DNA of 64,000 nucleotides from Myxococcota bacterium. Lineage in GTDB: Bacteria; Myxococcota_A; UBA796; UBA2385. The stretch covers positions 96,001 to 160,000 of the forward strand of contig JBIJDH010000001.1 in the NCBI GenBank assembly GCA_044344255.1, read 5' to 3'. Within the stretch, counting starts at the first letter, position 1, and every line of letters begins with the position of its first letter. The translations under genes and the position numbers were made by a program. Shown piece by piece: positions 28,052-37,512 of this stretch. Below the pieces are notes generated by a model. It was not told where the DNA came from. It did no database searches and worked only from the letters and a program-made list of their open reading frames with translations.

Positions 28052-29499
28052 GGAGCGGGGCTCGCCAGAGCCGCGCGGCGCCGACGGCGGGAGAGGGCCC
28101 CGAGTCCGAGCAGCGGGGTGAGGAGGAGCGCGCCGCTGCCATCCCCCTGGCAACAGCCGCCGACGTCCTTCGACTGGCTCTCTTCCTTGAGATCGAAGGT
28201 CTTGAAGCCCTCCTGCACCGCCCAACCCGGATTGTCTGTGCCGCTCCACTCATAGGCGCCGACATCGGGGGTGTCACCCTCTCGGGGGGCGCCGTTGAAG
28301 TCGGTCTCGGGCACGAAGGTCTCTCCGGCCGGATCAGCCACATCCACCAGGGTGGCCCCATCGGTCGGATAGAAATTCCATGAGGGCGAGTTCACGTAGT
28401 CGCTGTACCCACCCCCGGCCGAGTATCCATCGGAGAACCACAGGGGGTTGTCGACGAGGCCGCAGACGATGTTGCTGCTGAAGAGCCCCACGCCGCTCTG
28501 GAGCATGCCGGTATCGTCATCGGGCCGCTCGAAATACACGCCATATCCGATCGGGTTGCAGAACGAATTGTTCGCAAGGACCATCCCCGTCTGTCCGGCC
28601 CAGTCCTCGACATAGAGGGCCCAGGAGCCCGTGTCGACGACGGTGTTGAAGGTGATGACCACGTTCTCATAGTTGCCGTAGTCACTCTCTTCACAGCGGA
28701 TCCCGTAACCATCCACGTTGAAGATGAGGTTGTTTCGAATGAGGACCGCGCCGTAGCTCTCGATTCCCTGATTGACCGTGTTCCAGATCGCGTTGGCCTC
28801 GACCACGTTCGGCGCCCCGAGCTCGGTAGAGCCCGTGTAGATGCCCGTGTTTGCGACGTTGTAAATCACATTGTCGCGCAGGGTGTTGCCCTGTCCGCCA
28901 GGAGGGATCACGATGGCGCCTGTGTAGGAGCCGTTGATGTCGTGGATCCAGTTGTTCAGGACGAAGCTATCTTGCGTCCAGACCGTACCGTCTCCGTACC
29001 CCAGATACACACCCGAGCCCTCCACGTTGTCGTGGATGTGATTGTGCTCGATGGTGATGGCTCGATTGTTCCCGCTCACGTTGAGCAGCGTGCCACCAAA
29101 CTGGCCGATCTCGCCGTTCAACACGGTGATGTTGTCGGAGGTGTCGATGTTCATTCCACCGTAACGGAGCTCCTCCCAGCCGGCGCCGCCCGAGAAGGCG
29201 AGGCCCTCGACGCGGAGGTAGCTCGACTCGACGACCCGCACCGCGTACCAGCCGCCCTCTCCAGACGGCGGCGTGTACTCGATGACCGGGAGGGCCCCCT
29301 CCGCGGCCCGGAGCACGATCGGCGCCTCGGCGGTGCCGATGCCCGTCCAGGTCAAGGTGCTGGAGATGGGGTACACGCCGTCATTGAACACGACCTCGCT
29401 GCCCGCGCCGAGGGAGGCCGTGAGCGAGGCGATGTCGTCGCCCGGGTTCACGGTCACGCTGGCCGCGAAGGACGCCGAGATAATCAGGGAGAGAAACAT
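28012..29499 (-). CDS. Secreted right-handed beta-helix protein with MYXO-CTERM-like sorting tail
   Basis: Signal peptide; Asn/Ile-rich beta-helix repeats; PDVGAYE; GGCC-hydrophobic stretch-RRRRR. Confidence 0.85.
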   Translation of the reverse strand: MFLSLIISASFAASVTVNPGDDIASLTASLGAGSEVVFNDGVYPISSTLTWTGIGTAEAPIVLRAAEGALPVIEYTPPSGEGGWYAVRVVESSYLRVEGLAFSGGAGWEELRYGGMNIDTSDNITVLNGEIGQFGGTLLNVSGNNRAITIEHNHIHDNVEGSGVYLGYGDGTVWTQDSFVLNNWIHDINGSYTGAIVIPPGGQGNTLRDNVIYNVANTGIYTGSTELGAPNVVEANAIWNTVNQGIESYGAVLIRNNLIFNVDGYGIRCEESDYGNYENVVITFNTVVDTGSWALYVEDWAGQTGMVLANNSFCNPIGYGVYFERPDDDTGMLQSGVGLFSSNIVCGLVDNPLWFSDGYSAGGGYSDYVNSPSWNFYPTDGATLVDVADPAGETFVPETDFNGAPREGDTPDVGAYEWSGTDNPGWAVQEGFKTFDLKEESQSKDVGGCCQGDGSGALLLTPLLGLGALSRRRRRAALASPAPQAKRSFSRTSPS

Positions 29500-29530
29500 C
29501 GGAAGATCCTCAAGAAGGGGTCGGGAGTCG

Positions 29531-31627
29531 TCAGGGAGCCCCCGGCCCGCCGGTATAACCGCGGTCATTCCGCGAGCCGTCGCTGTCTTCCCAGCCGGCG
29601 ACGTCGGGCCCGCTGTTTCGGGCCACCGAGCCGCTGCTCAGCCGGAGATCGTCGTCGGTGGGGTCCCCATTGTTGGTGAAATTCACAAAATCTGGGTTCT
29701 CCGCTCGGTTCTCATCCTCACCCTCCACGAGCTCCCCGCCGAGCTCGATGCCGGAGGACGTGAACCAGACGCTGTTGTAAGCCACGTCCGCCCCCGACGC
29801 GGGCAGCGCGTAGAGGCCGCTGTCCCCGTAGGAGGCCGAGATCAGGTTCGCCCAGACGATGAGCCCGGCCGAGCTCGCGGCGCCCGCATAGACGCCGGCC
29901 CCCTCGCCGACGCCGTGATTGCCCACGATCGTGTTGTTTCCGAGGACAAAGGCGGACTGACTACCCGTAATGGCCACGCCCCCGCCGAGCCCCGCCGCCG
30001 TGTTGTCCTGGATGATGTTGTTTCGAATATAGGAGGCGGCGCCGGGGGCGGAGTCCGAGATCGAGATCCCGCCGCCGTTGCTCGTGCTCTCATTCAGGAT
30101 GATGTGGCTCCGCTCCACCGAGAGGCCATAGGCCGCGGTGAAGGCGATGGCCCCGCCGACGTCGGCCGCCTTGTTGTACGACCAGGTCACACCGTCGGCC
30201 GAGACGTAGGAGGCGTCTGCGAGGAGCGCCCCGCCGCGGTTGCCCTGATTCTGGAGGTAGGCGCTGTCGGTGTCCATCAGGCTGCCGGACACGACGGCCA
30301 CCGCGCCTCCGTCGTCGTCGGCGAGGTTGTCGAAGAAGGTGGCCCGCTCGATCGTGAGGCTCCCGCTGGTGACGGCCACCCCGCCGCCGTCGCCCGAGCA
30401 GTGGTTCGCGGTCAGGCTGACGTCCTCCAGGGTGAGGTCCGCGCCGACCGCCCAGACCGCGCCGCCATCCCCCTCGGCGTTGCCCTCGGAGAGGGCGAGG
30501 TTCCGGAGCGTGAGGTGCGCCCCGTCGCGGACGGTGAAGGCACGCCCGGGTGAGCTCGAGTGGAACGTGGTCTCGTCGGGGTGGTCCCCGCCGCCCGCGA
30601 TGGTGAGGTCGATCGCGGAGATCGTCTCATTGACGGTATAGACTCCGGGGAGGAAGACGACCGACCGACAGACCTCGTCGAGGAGCAGCAGCGCCTCTTC
30701 AAGCGTGCCGACAGGATCTTCGTCATCTCCCGCCACACCGGTGGCGCCCTCCTCCACCACGACCGGGTGCGCCAGAGGGTCTGTGTCATCACAGTCTCCT
30801 CCGCCCGAACAGGGGGAATGATGATCGTTATCATCGTCTACGTCATCGGCTACGCCTGTACAGTCATTGTCCTTTCCATCACAGATCTCGTCGAGGGCAG
30901 GCGCGATGGTGGCGTCGTCGTCGTTACAGTCCCCGTCGCAGATCGAGATCCCATCCGTATCGAGATCATCGTCGTCGGCGTTTCGACCATCACAGTCGGA
31001 GTCTTTGCCGTCACAGATCTCCTCGGCGTTGGGGTGGACGTTGGCGTCGGCGTCATCACACTCCCCGCTGCAGAGCCGGTAGCCGTCGTAGTCGGCGTCC
31101 ACCTCGTCATCGGGGATCTCACCGTCGCAGTCGTTGTCCTTGCCGTCACAGGCCTCCGGGTTGCCGGGGAAGACGCTGCCGTCCTCGTCGTCGCAGTCTC
31201 CCTCCGCCGGGGACACGCCGTCTTCGTCTTCATCGCCGATGGAGGGGGTGCCGACGCCGCTGAGGTCAACGTAGGTGGTGTCGACGTCGGGGACGTCGGT
31301 GCGCACCTGGAGGCGGCCGGGGGCCGGCCCCTCCGCGTTGGGGAGGAAGACGACGGTGACGATCGAGCTCTGCCCCTCTCCCAGCTCGGTGACGCTGTCC
31401 CGCTGGATGTCCCACACCGTCGGCTCGCCGTCCACCACCGACACGCTGAGCAAGACGAAGCTGCCGCCGCCTGCGTTGGTGATCGAGAAGGTGGCCGAGC
31501 CCTCACCGTCCACCGGGACCTCCCCGAGATCGAGGGCCAGCGGATCGACCAACATCGAGGGCGGGGACTCCGAGCTCTTCTCAGAGCACGCGAGGAGCAG
31601 GGCGAGGAGCGGCAGGGCGAAGCGCAT
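29531..31627 (-). CDS. Lipoprotein: Ig-like (ASH/choice-of-anchor D) domain, MopE repeats and beta-helix
   Basis: LLAC lipobox; LDLGEV..ITNAGG; about 3.5 DCDD..P...E.CDGKDNDCDG repeats; GGA-rich beta-helix repeats. Confidence 0.85.
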   Translation of the reverse strand: MRFALPLLALLLACSEKSSESPPSMLVDPLALDLGEVPVDGEGSATFSITNAGGGSFVLLSVSVVDGEPTVWDIQRDSVTELGEGQSSIVTVVFLPNAEGPAPGRLQVRTDVPDVDTTYVDLSGVGTPSIGDEDEDGVSPAEGDCDDEDGSVFPGNPEACDGKDNDCDGEIPDDEVDADYDGYRLCSGECDDADANVHPNAEEICDGKDSDCDGRNADDDDLDTDGISICDGDCNDDDATIAPALDEICDGKDNDCTGVADDVDDDNDHHSPCSGGGDCDDTDPLAHPVVVEEGATGVAGDDEDPVGTLEEALLLLDEVCRSVVFLPGVYTVNETISAIDLTIAGGGDHPDETTFHSSSPGRAFTVRDGAHLTLRNLALSEGNAEGDGGAVWAVGADLTLEDVSLTANHCSGDGGGVAVTSGSLTIERATFFDNLADDDGGAVAVVSGSLMDTDSAYLQNQGNRGGALLADASYVSADGVTWSYNKAADVGGAIAFTAAYGLSVERSHIILNESTSNGGGISISDSAPGAASYIRNNIIQDNTAAGLGGGVAITGSQSAFVLGNNTIVGNHGVGEGAGVYAGAASSAGLIVWANLISASYGDSGLYALPASGADVAYNSVWFTSSGIELGGELVEGEDENRAENPDFVNFTNNGDPTDDDLRLSSGSVARNSGPDVAGWEDSDGSRNDRGYTGGPGAP

Positions 31628-31715
31628 GACGTGGCCGGGGTGTGGATTCAGGCGGCGGAGGGCTGCCCACAGCCCCCCGCGCGTGGCAAGCTACCATGGA
31701 GAGGTGGTCTGAGAG

Positions 31716-32351
31716 ATGCTGCGCGCCGCGCCAATTCCCAACCGAGCGTGGATGTCAGCCTGGATGGCTGGCTTCATCGCGTGTAAGGCCACGGACGACA
31801 CCGGCTCCAGCGGTGCCGGGGTCGGGCTCCCCGCAGAGAACGGCGGCGACACCTTCATCTACGACACCTCGAGCGGCGGCTTTGAGACCGGCCAGATCGG
31901 CACGTCGGATCAGACCCCCGAGCACTGGGTCACCAGCCGGGAGTCCGGCCGGGTCACGGTCACCCCCCGCGGCGGCCCGTACACCGAGCTGGCCGGCACG
32001 CTCTCGATCACGGAGGAGCTCGACGACCTCACCGAGGCCCCCACCTGCTCGCTCTCCTGGGGCCTCACGGGCACCGCGGTCGACACCGCCTGCCCCACCT
32101 GCACCGTCGCCTTTGATGTGCTCTTCTACCTGAACGACGGAGACCCCACCCTCTGCGAGACCCCCGACATCCCCTCCGACGGCGAGGTGCGCACCTTCGG
32201 CTGGTCGGAAGAAGAGGAGCTGGTCTACTTCGACTGGTACGACACCGGCGCTTGGGTCCCCTGGTACTCCGCGGTCTTCGACTGGGACAGCGGGGACATC
32301 CTCCTCTACAACGAGCGCGTGCTCGGCTTCAACCCCGAGGAAGAAGAATGA
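31716..32351 (+). CDS. Hypothetical acidic lipoprotein
   Basis: FIAC lipobox, DDTG tether, CPTC; ATGA overlap with next gene. Confidence 0.72.
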   Translation: MLRAAPIPNRAWMSAWMAGFIACKATDDTGSSGAGVGLPAENGGDTFIYDTSSGGFETGQIGTSDQTPEHWVTSRESGRVTVTPRGGPYTELAGTLSITEELDDLTEAPTCSLSWGLTGTAVDTACPTCTVAFDVLFYLNDGDPTLCETPDIPSDGEVRTFGWSEEEELVYFDWYDTGAWVPWYSAVFDWDSGDILLYNERVLGFNPEEEE

Positions 32352-33427
32352 GCCGGCGTCGCGCCTCCGCCTTGCGGGCCCTGGCGCTCGCGGCCCTCAC
32401 CTCGCTCCCAGCGCTCTCCTGCAAGGAGGAGAAGGCGGAGGGAGCCGGCCCCGCCGCCGCCGATCCCGATCCCCCCGACGCCCTGCCCATCCCCGACATC
32501 AGCGGCATGGACCTGGAGGCCGCCTTCCAGGACGCGCTCGAGCTCGCCGTCTCGGTCCACACCGGCGTGCCCTGGGACGGCCTCGGCCAGAGCCTCAGCC
32601 TCGCCCAAGCCTCCTGCCCTGACCTCTACGCCGGCAACCCCGATCCTGACGCCCTCGATGACGTCGAGGGCGGCGCGGCCTGGAAGGACGCCTGCACCAC
32701 CGCCGGCGGCCTCACCTGGGACGGCTTTGGCTGGTGGAAGGCCACCATCTCGAGCACGGGTGACATCCTCACCCCCGAGGGCCAGACCTTCGAGGGCCAA
32801 CGTGAGCTCATCGGCGACGGCAGCGTCGGCGACAGCAACGGCCCGCTCTACGGCTTCCGCGGCGAGGCCACCGACGCCCTCTCCCTCGTGTCCTCTACCG
32901 CCCCCTTCTACAAGAGCTGGAGCTGGTCGAGCACGGTCAACGGCACCACCACCGGCACGACCCTCTTCGCGCCCTCGAGCCGCACCCCTCAAGGCTGGCG
33001 GGCCGATCTGTACCTCTCCACGCAGGGCGGTTCGGCCGAGACCCTCAGCCTCCGCGGCGACGCCTACTTCTTCGAGCCGGTGATCGAGGGCAACTTCGAC
33101 AGCCTCTCGGCGGAGCTCGACTGGGCCAGCCCCGAGAGCAGCGGCCCCACCGACTGCTCGCTTGAGCCGAGGGGCATCCTCTCGATCCGCGATCCCAGCG
33201 CCATCTGGTACGATCTGGTCTTCCTCCCGCTCGAAGACAGCTCCGCCGGCGACACCGGCGCGAACGCGGCCTGTGACGGCTGCGGCACGCTCTTCGTCCG
33301 CGGCGTCGAGGTCACCGAGCTCTGCGTCGACCTCAGCTTCGTCTGGAACGGGACCCTCGATGAACCGGAGCTCGAGGGCTGGGCCTTCGACGTTCGCTCG
33401 CCAGAACCAGAACCGGAGGCCGGATGA
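32348..33427 (+). CDS. Hypothetical lipoprotein
   Basis: ALSC lipobox; beta-rich acidic sequence; CDGCG; ATGA overlaps at both ends. Confidence 0.75.
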   Translation: MSRRRASALRALALAALTSLPALSCKEEKAEGAGPAAADPDPPDALPIPDISGMDLEAAFQDALELAVSVHTGVPWDGLGQSLSLAQASCPDLYAGNPDPDALDDVEGGAAWKDACTTAGGLTWDGFGWWKATISSTGDILTPEGQTFEGQRELIGDGSVGDSNGPLYGFRGEATDALSLVSSTAPFYKSWSWSSTVNGTTTGTTLFAPSSRTPQGWRADLYLSTQGGSAETLSLRGDAYFFEPVIEGNFDSLSAELDWASPESSGPTDCSLEPRGILSIRDPSAIWYDLVFLPLEDSSAGDTGANAACDGCGTLFVRGVEVTELCVDLSFVWNGTLDEPELEGWAFDVRSPEPEPEAG

Positions 33428-35076
33428 ACCGGACGACCGCCCCCTACCTGCTCCTCCTCCTCCTCAGCGGCCTCACCTCCTGCGGCGGTGAGGGTGGCGA
33501 CGAGCCCGCCGACGGCATCACCCTGCTGTCGCCGAGGGAGCAGCTCATCCGGCTGTCGGTTGACCTCCGCGGCGTGCACCCCTCGGAGGCCGAGCTCGCG
33601 GCCATCGACGAGAACCCAGATCTCTACGACGACTTCGTGGGTCGCTTCCAGGAAGATCCGCGGATGCTCGGGCGTATGCGGGAGATCTGGAACCTCCGCT
33701 TCATGACCCGCACCGGCACGACCTACTTCGATCCCGCGGAGGCGGGCCTCTCCGGGAGCTCCGCGGCCATCGCCGGCTCGCTGGCCAACGAGCCCCTGAT
33801 GCTGCTCTCCCGCATCATCGAGGAGGACCTCCCCTACAGCGAGATCGTCGAGGCCGACTACACGATGGCCGACGGCGCGGTCGCTGCGATGTGGGATCTC
33901 GAATACCCCGAAGGGGAGACCGGCTGGCAGGTCGCCCACTACCAGGACGGCCGCCCCGAGGCCGGCATCCTCACGATGTCGACCCTCTGGCAGCGGTACC
34001 CCTCGATGGGCGGCAACGCGAACCGGCATCGGGCCAACGCCATCTCCAAGATGCTGCTCTGCGACGACTACCTGTCGCGGCCGATCGTGCTCAACCGCGC
34101 GGCCGTCGATCAGCTCACCGTCGATCCCGAAGACGCCATCGCCACCAACGCCTCCTGTCAGAGCTGCCACTCCACGCTCGACCCCCTCTCCGCGCACTTC
34201 TTCGGCTTCTTCAACGAAGAAGAGGTGGAGAGCTTGCGAGACGGGGTCACCTATCGGGCCGAGAACGAGCAGAACTGGCGGGACTACGCCGGCCGCGCCC
34301 CCGCCTACTACGGTCGCCCCACCACCGGCATCCCCGAGCTGGCCGAGCGCATCGCCAAGGACCCCCGCTTCGAGCAGTGCGCCGTGCAGACCGCCTGGGA
34401 GGGCCTAACCCAGCGCGAGCTCAGCTCGGCGGACTGGGCCGAGCTGCAGGCCCACACCCTCACCTTCCAGGAGAAGGGCCAACGCCTCAAGCCGCTCATC
34501 GAGGAGATCGTGACCGCTCGGGTGTATCGAGCCGGGGAGATCACCGATCCCGACCTCGCGATGCGGGCCCCGGTGGTCAAGACGGCCTCCCCGGCCCAGC
34601 TCGCCTCGATCATCGAGGACATCACCGGCTACCGCATGACCTTCTCAGCGGTAGACGGCCTCACCGATCCGAGCATCGGCATCGCGGTGCTCTCCGGTGG
34701 CATCGACGGCGCCTTCGTGACCCGCCCGAGCTTCGACCCCTCCGTGGGCGGGGTCTTCGTGCTGGAGCGGCTCGCGCAGTCCGCGGCTTGGGACGTCGTC
34801 TCCCACGACTTCGCCCCCGGTCGAACCGAGCCCGCCCGCCTGCTCGCGTACGTGACCCTCGAGGACACCCCGGAGTCGAACCCCACCGCCTTCGACGGAC
34901 AGCTCCGGGCGCTCTACCTCCGCGTGACCGGGCTCCCCCTCTCCGACGACGCGCCCGAGCCGGGCGAGATGATGCGCTTGTGGCGAGAGATCGCCGACCT
35001 CGAGGGTTCGCACGAGGCCGCCTGGGCGGCTGTCCTGTCGGTCATCCTGCGCGACCCGCGCGTCCTCTTTTACTAG
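33424..35076 (+). CDS. DUF1588/DUF1585-like lipoprotein with CxxCH
   Basis: LTSC lipobox; RLSVDLRG..P, AGILT, NRHRAN, CQSCHSTLDPL, DPRFEQC, DPRVLFY. Confidence 0.78.
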   Translation: MNRTTAPYLLLLLLSGLTSCGGEGGDEPADGITLLSPREQLIRLSVDLRGVHPSEAELAAIDENPDLYDDFVGRFQEDPRMLGRMREIWNLRFMTRTGTTYFDPAEAGLSGSSAAIAGSLANEPLMLLSRIIEEDLPYSEIVEADYTMADGAVAAMWDLEYPEGETGWQVAHYQDGRPEAGILTMSTLWQRYPSMGGNANRHRANAISKMLLCDDYLSRPIVLNRAAVDQLTVDPEDAIATNASCQSCHSTLDPLSAHFFGFFNEEEVESLRDGVTYRAENEQNWRDYAGRAPAYYGRPTTGIPELAERIAKDPRFEQCAVQTAWEGLTQRELSSADWAELQAHTLTFQEKGQRLKPLIEEIVTARVYRAGEITDPDLAMRAPVVKTASPAQLASIIEDITGYRMTFSAVDGLTDPSIGIAVLSGGIDGAFVTRPSFDPSVGGVFVLERLAQSAAWDVVSHDFAPGRTEPARLLAYVTLEDTPESNPTAFDGQLRALYLRVTGLPLSDDAPEPGEMMRLWREIADLEGSHEAAWAAVLSVILRDPRVLFY

Positions 35077-35095
35077 ATCCTGCGGAGCCGCGACC

Positions 35096-36334
35096 ATGTT
35101 CAACCGCCGACAGCTCCTCCAAGGTTCAGCCGCCCTCGGCGCCTGCAGCCTCCTCCCCACCGCTCAAGCCGCCGTGGCCGAGCGTAAATTCCTCTTCTTC
35201 TTCGCCTCCGGCGGGTGGGACAGCACCGCGGTGCTCGATCCCCACTTCGGGGTCGAGGGCGTCGACATGGAGGTGGACAGCGAGCCCGGGGGCGTGGGGA
35301 ACCTCATCTACACCGGCGGCCCAGGCCGGGTGGAGGTCGACCACTTCTTTCGCCGCTGGGGGCGCCGCGCCGCGATCGTCAACGGGCTCGACAGCCACAG
35401 CGTCGGCCACGAGTCGGCCCGCCAGTTCGTGATGACCGGCACCTCCTCGTCCTCCTTCTCCGACTGGCCCACGCTCATCGCCGCCAGCGCCCGCAACGAC
35501 TACCCGATGCCCCACGTGGTCTTCGGGGGGCCCGCCTACCCCGGCACCCGCGGCGAGACGGTGGTGCGGGCGGGCGGCGGCGCGCTGCTCAGCCTGCTCA
35601 ACGGCTCGATCGTAGGGCGCAGCGATCGTCCGGCGCCGGTGCCGGAGAGCGCCGCCGACCGCATCGCCGACGCCTACGTCTACGAGCGGGTCTCCCGCTA
35701 CGCCGCGGCCCGCATGGACGGCCTCGGCGGGGCCCGCGCGAAGTCGCTGCAGGACAACCTCGAGCGGGCCATGGAGCTCGAGGGGCGGCGCTTCGAGGCC
35801 GGCCTCGATGACCTCGGCAGCGGCATGAAGGCGCAGGGCCTGCAGGCGGTCGAGCTCATGCGCCTCGGCCTCTGCCGCACGGCGATGATCGGGATCGAGG
35901 GCGGCTGGGACACCCACAGCAACAACCTCATCCAGGGCGACCAGAACGAGGAGCTCTTCGCCACCCTCGACGCCGTGATGGAGAAGATGGCCACCACGCC
36001 CGGCACCGCGTCGCCCTACCTCATCGACGAGGTCGTGATCGTCTGCCTGAGCGAGTTCGGGCGCACGCCGAAGTTCAACGGCGGTAACGGTAAGGACCAC
36101 TGGCCGTACAGCTCGGCCCTCGTCGTGGGAGCCGGCGTCAAGGGCAACCAGCGCGTGGGCTACACCGACGACAGCCTCGTCAGTCAGCCGATCAACCTCG
36201 CCACCGGCCAGCCCGACTCCGGCGGCGACATCCCGGCGGCGGAGAACCTCGGCGTCGCCCTCCTCCGCCTCGCCAGCCTCGACCCCGAGCAGTTCCTGCC
36301 CGGCGTACAAGGGCTGGACGCGCTGCGGGCCTGA
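35096..36334 (+). CDS. DUF1501 domain protein, Tat-exported
   Basis: NRRQLL leader; GGWD, GGWDTH, SEFGRTP, GKDHW motifs. Confidence 0.9.
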   Translation: MFNRRQLLQGSAALGACSLLPTAQAAVAERKFLFFFASGGWDSTAVLDPHFGVEGVDMEVDSEPGGVGNLIYTGGPGRVEVDHFFRRWGRRAAIVNGLDSHSVGHESARQFVMTGTSSSSFSDWPTLIAASARNDYPMPHVVFGGPAYPGTRGETVVRAGGGALLSLLNGSIVGRSDRPAPVPESAADRIADAYVYERVSRYAAARMDGLGGARAKSLQDNLERAMELEGRRFEAGLDDLGSGMKAQGLQAVELMRLGLCRTAMIGIEGGWDTHSNNLIQGDQNEELFATLDAVMEKMATTPGTASPYLIDEVVIVCLSEFGRTPKFNGGNGKDHWPYSSALVVGAGVKGNQRVGYTDDSLVSQPINLATGQPDSGGDIPAAENLGVALLRLASLDPEQFLPGVQGLDALRA

Positions 36335-36670
36335 ATGTTGATCCTGCTGCTCTCCGCCGCCTGCTCCCAGCCCGCCGACACCGGCGCGGTGGTGTGCGGG
36401 ACCCACTCCCCGACGCTCGGGTACTCGAACTTCGGAGAGGGCTTCCTGCTCGAGCACTGCGCGGGCTGCCACAGCTCGATGCTGCCCGCCGACGCCCGCC
36501 AAGGGGCGCCCGTGGGGGTCGATCTCGACAGCCTCGACCTCGCGCGGGAGTGGGCCGAGCGCTCGAAGATCCGCACCGTCACAGAGCTCACGATGCCACC
36601 GGGCGGCGGCCCCTCCGATGAGGAGCGCCTCTGGTTCAGCGAGTGGATCGACTGTGGGATGCCGCCATGA
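36335..36670 (+). CDS. Small monoheme c-type cytochrome lipoprotein
   Basis: SAAC lipobox; CAGCH; MPP (distal Met); ends WIDCG. Confidence 0.85.
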   Translation: MLILLLSAACSQPADTGAVVCGTHSPTLGYSNFGEGFLLEHCAGCHSSMLPADARQGAPVGVDLDSLDLAREWAERSKIRTVTELTMPPGGGPSDEERLWFSEWIDCGMPP

Positions 36671-37347
36671 TCCCGCCCCGGCCCCGCGCGGCCTGCGCGC
36701 CCCTCCGGCTGCTCCACGGCGCCCTCCCGGCCCTGGTGGCCTGCTCGGAGTACCAGGTGCGAGAGCCGGACGCCCTGCCCACGGCCGAGGCGCCGGCGAT
36801 CCCGGCCACGATCTACGGCAACCCGCCCGACTGGCAGACCTGCGAGCCCGGCTTCGCCGGACACTACACGAACCTCACCGCCGACGAGATGGGCGTCGCC
36901 GCCCCCGACACCGGCGTTGAGGACGCCCTCGACCCCACCGCCCTCGACTGGTGGGATCCGTCCCGCCCCTCGATCGCCGACTTTGACCCCAGCCTCGACT
37001 TTGGCGCCAACTGGTGGCCGCTGGACGAGGGCATCGAGGGTGATCCGGCCTGGTTCGCCGTCTGGTGGGTCGCCTGGCTGCGGGTCTGGGATGACACCGA
37101 GGCCAGCTTCACCCTCGGCGCCGCGACCGACGCCTGGGTGCTGCTCGACGACGTGCAGGTGGCCGCCCAGTCCGGCCGCACCGCCTTCGAGCCCGAGACC
37201 GTGCCGCTGTCCCTCGACGGTGGGCAGTACCCGGTGATCGTCTACGCCGCCCAGCGTGGGGGCCCGGCGAGCGCCCTCCGCTTCCGCTGGCTCACCGGCG
37301 ACGTCACCCTCTGTTACCCGGACTTCAGCGAGACCGTGGTCGACTGA
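36667..37347 (+). CDS. Lipoprotein with PA14-like domain
   Basis: LVAC lipobox; LDFGANWWP, FAVWW, TDAWVLLDD, L.GGQYPV..YAAQ pattern; ATGA overlap. Confidence 0.7.
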   Translation: MIPPRPRAACAPLRLLHGALPALVACSEYQVREPDALPTAEAPAIPATIYGNPPDWQTCEPGFAGHYTNLTADEMGVAAPDTGVEDALDPTALDWWDPSRPSIADFDPSLDFGANWWPLDEGIEGDPAWFAVWWVAWLRVWDDTEASFTLGAATDAWVLLDDVQVAAQSGRTAFEPETVPLSLDGGQYPVIVYAAQRGGPASALRFRWLTGDVTLCYPDFSETVVD

Positions 37348-37512
37348 CCGGCCGTGGTTGACAGGGGGCAGAGAGCGGACCCGAGCTTAGCGCTTTCCCC
37401 TCGGTTGATTCCGCGCTACTCTGCCGCCCACTTTCCAGGGTGGCACCCCGCGGCCTCCAGCGGTCGCTTGCCTCCCCGCCCGATCGGTCCGCGTACCCCA
37501 GATGGAGATCTC

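Noticed and set aside
30780..31240. Repeated ~110-bp units
   Set aside because: Protein-level MopE-type repeats, not a DNA array
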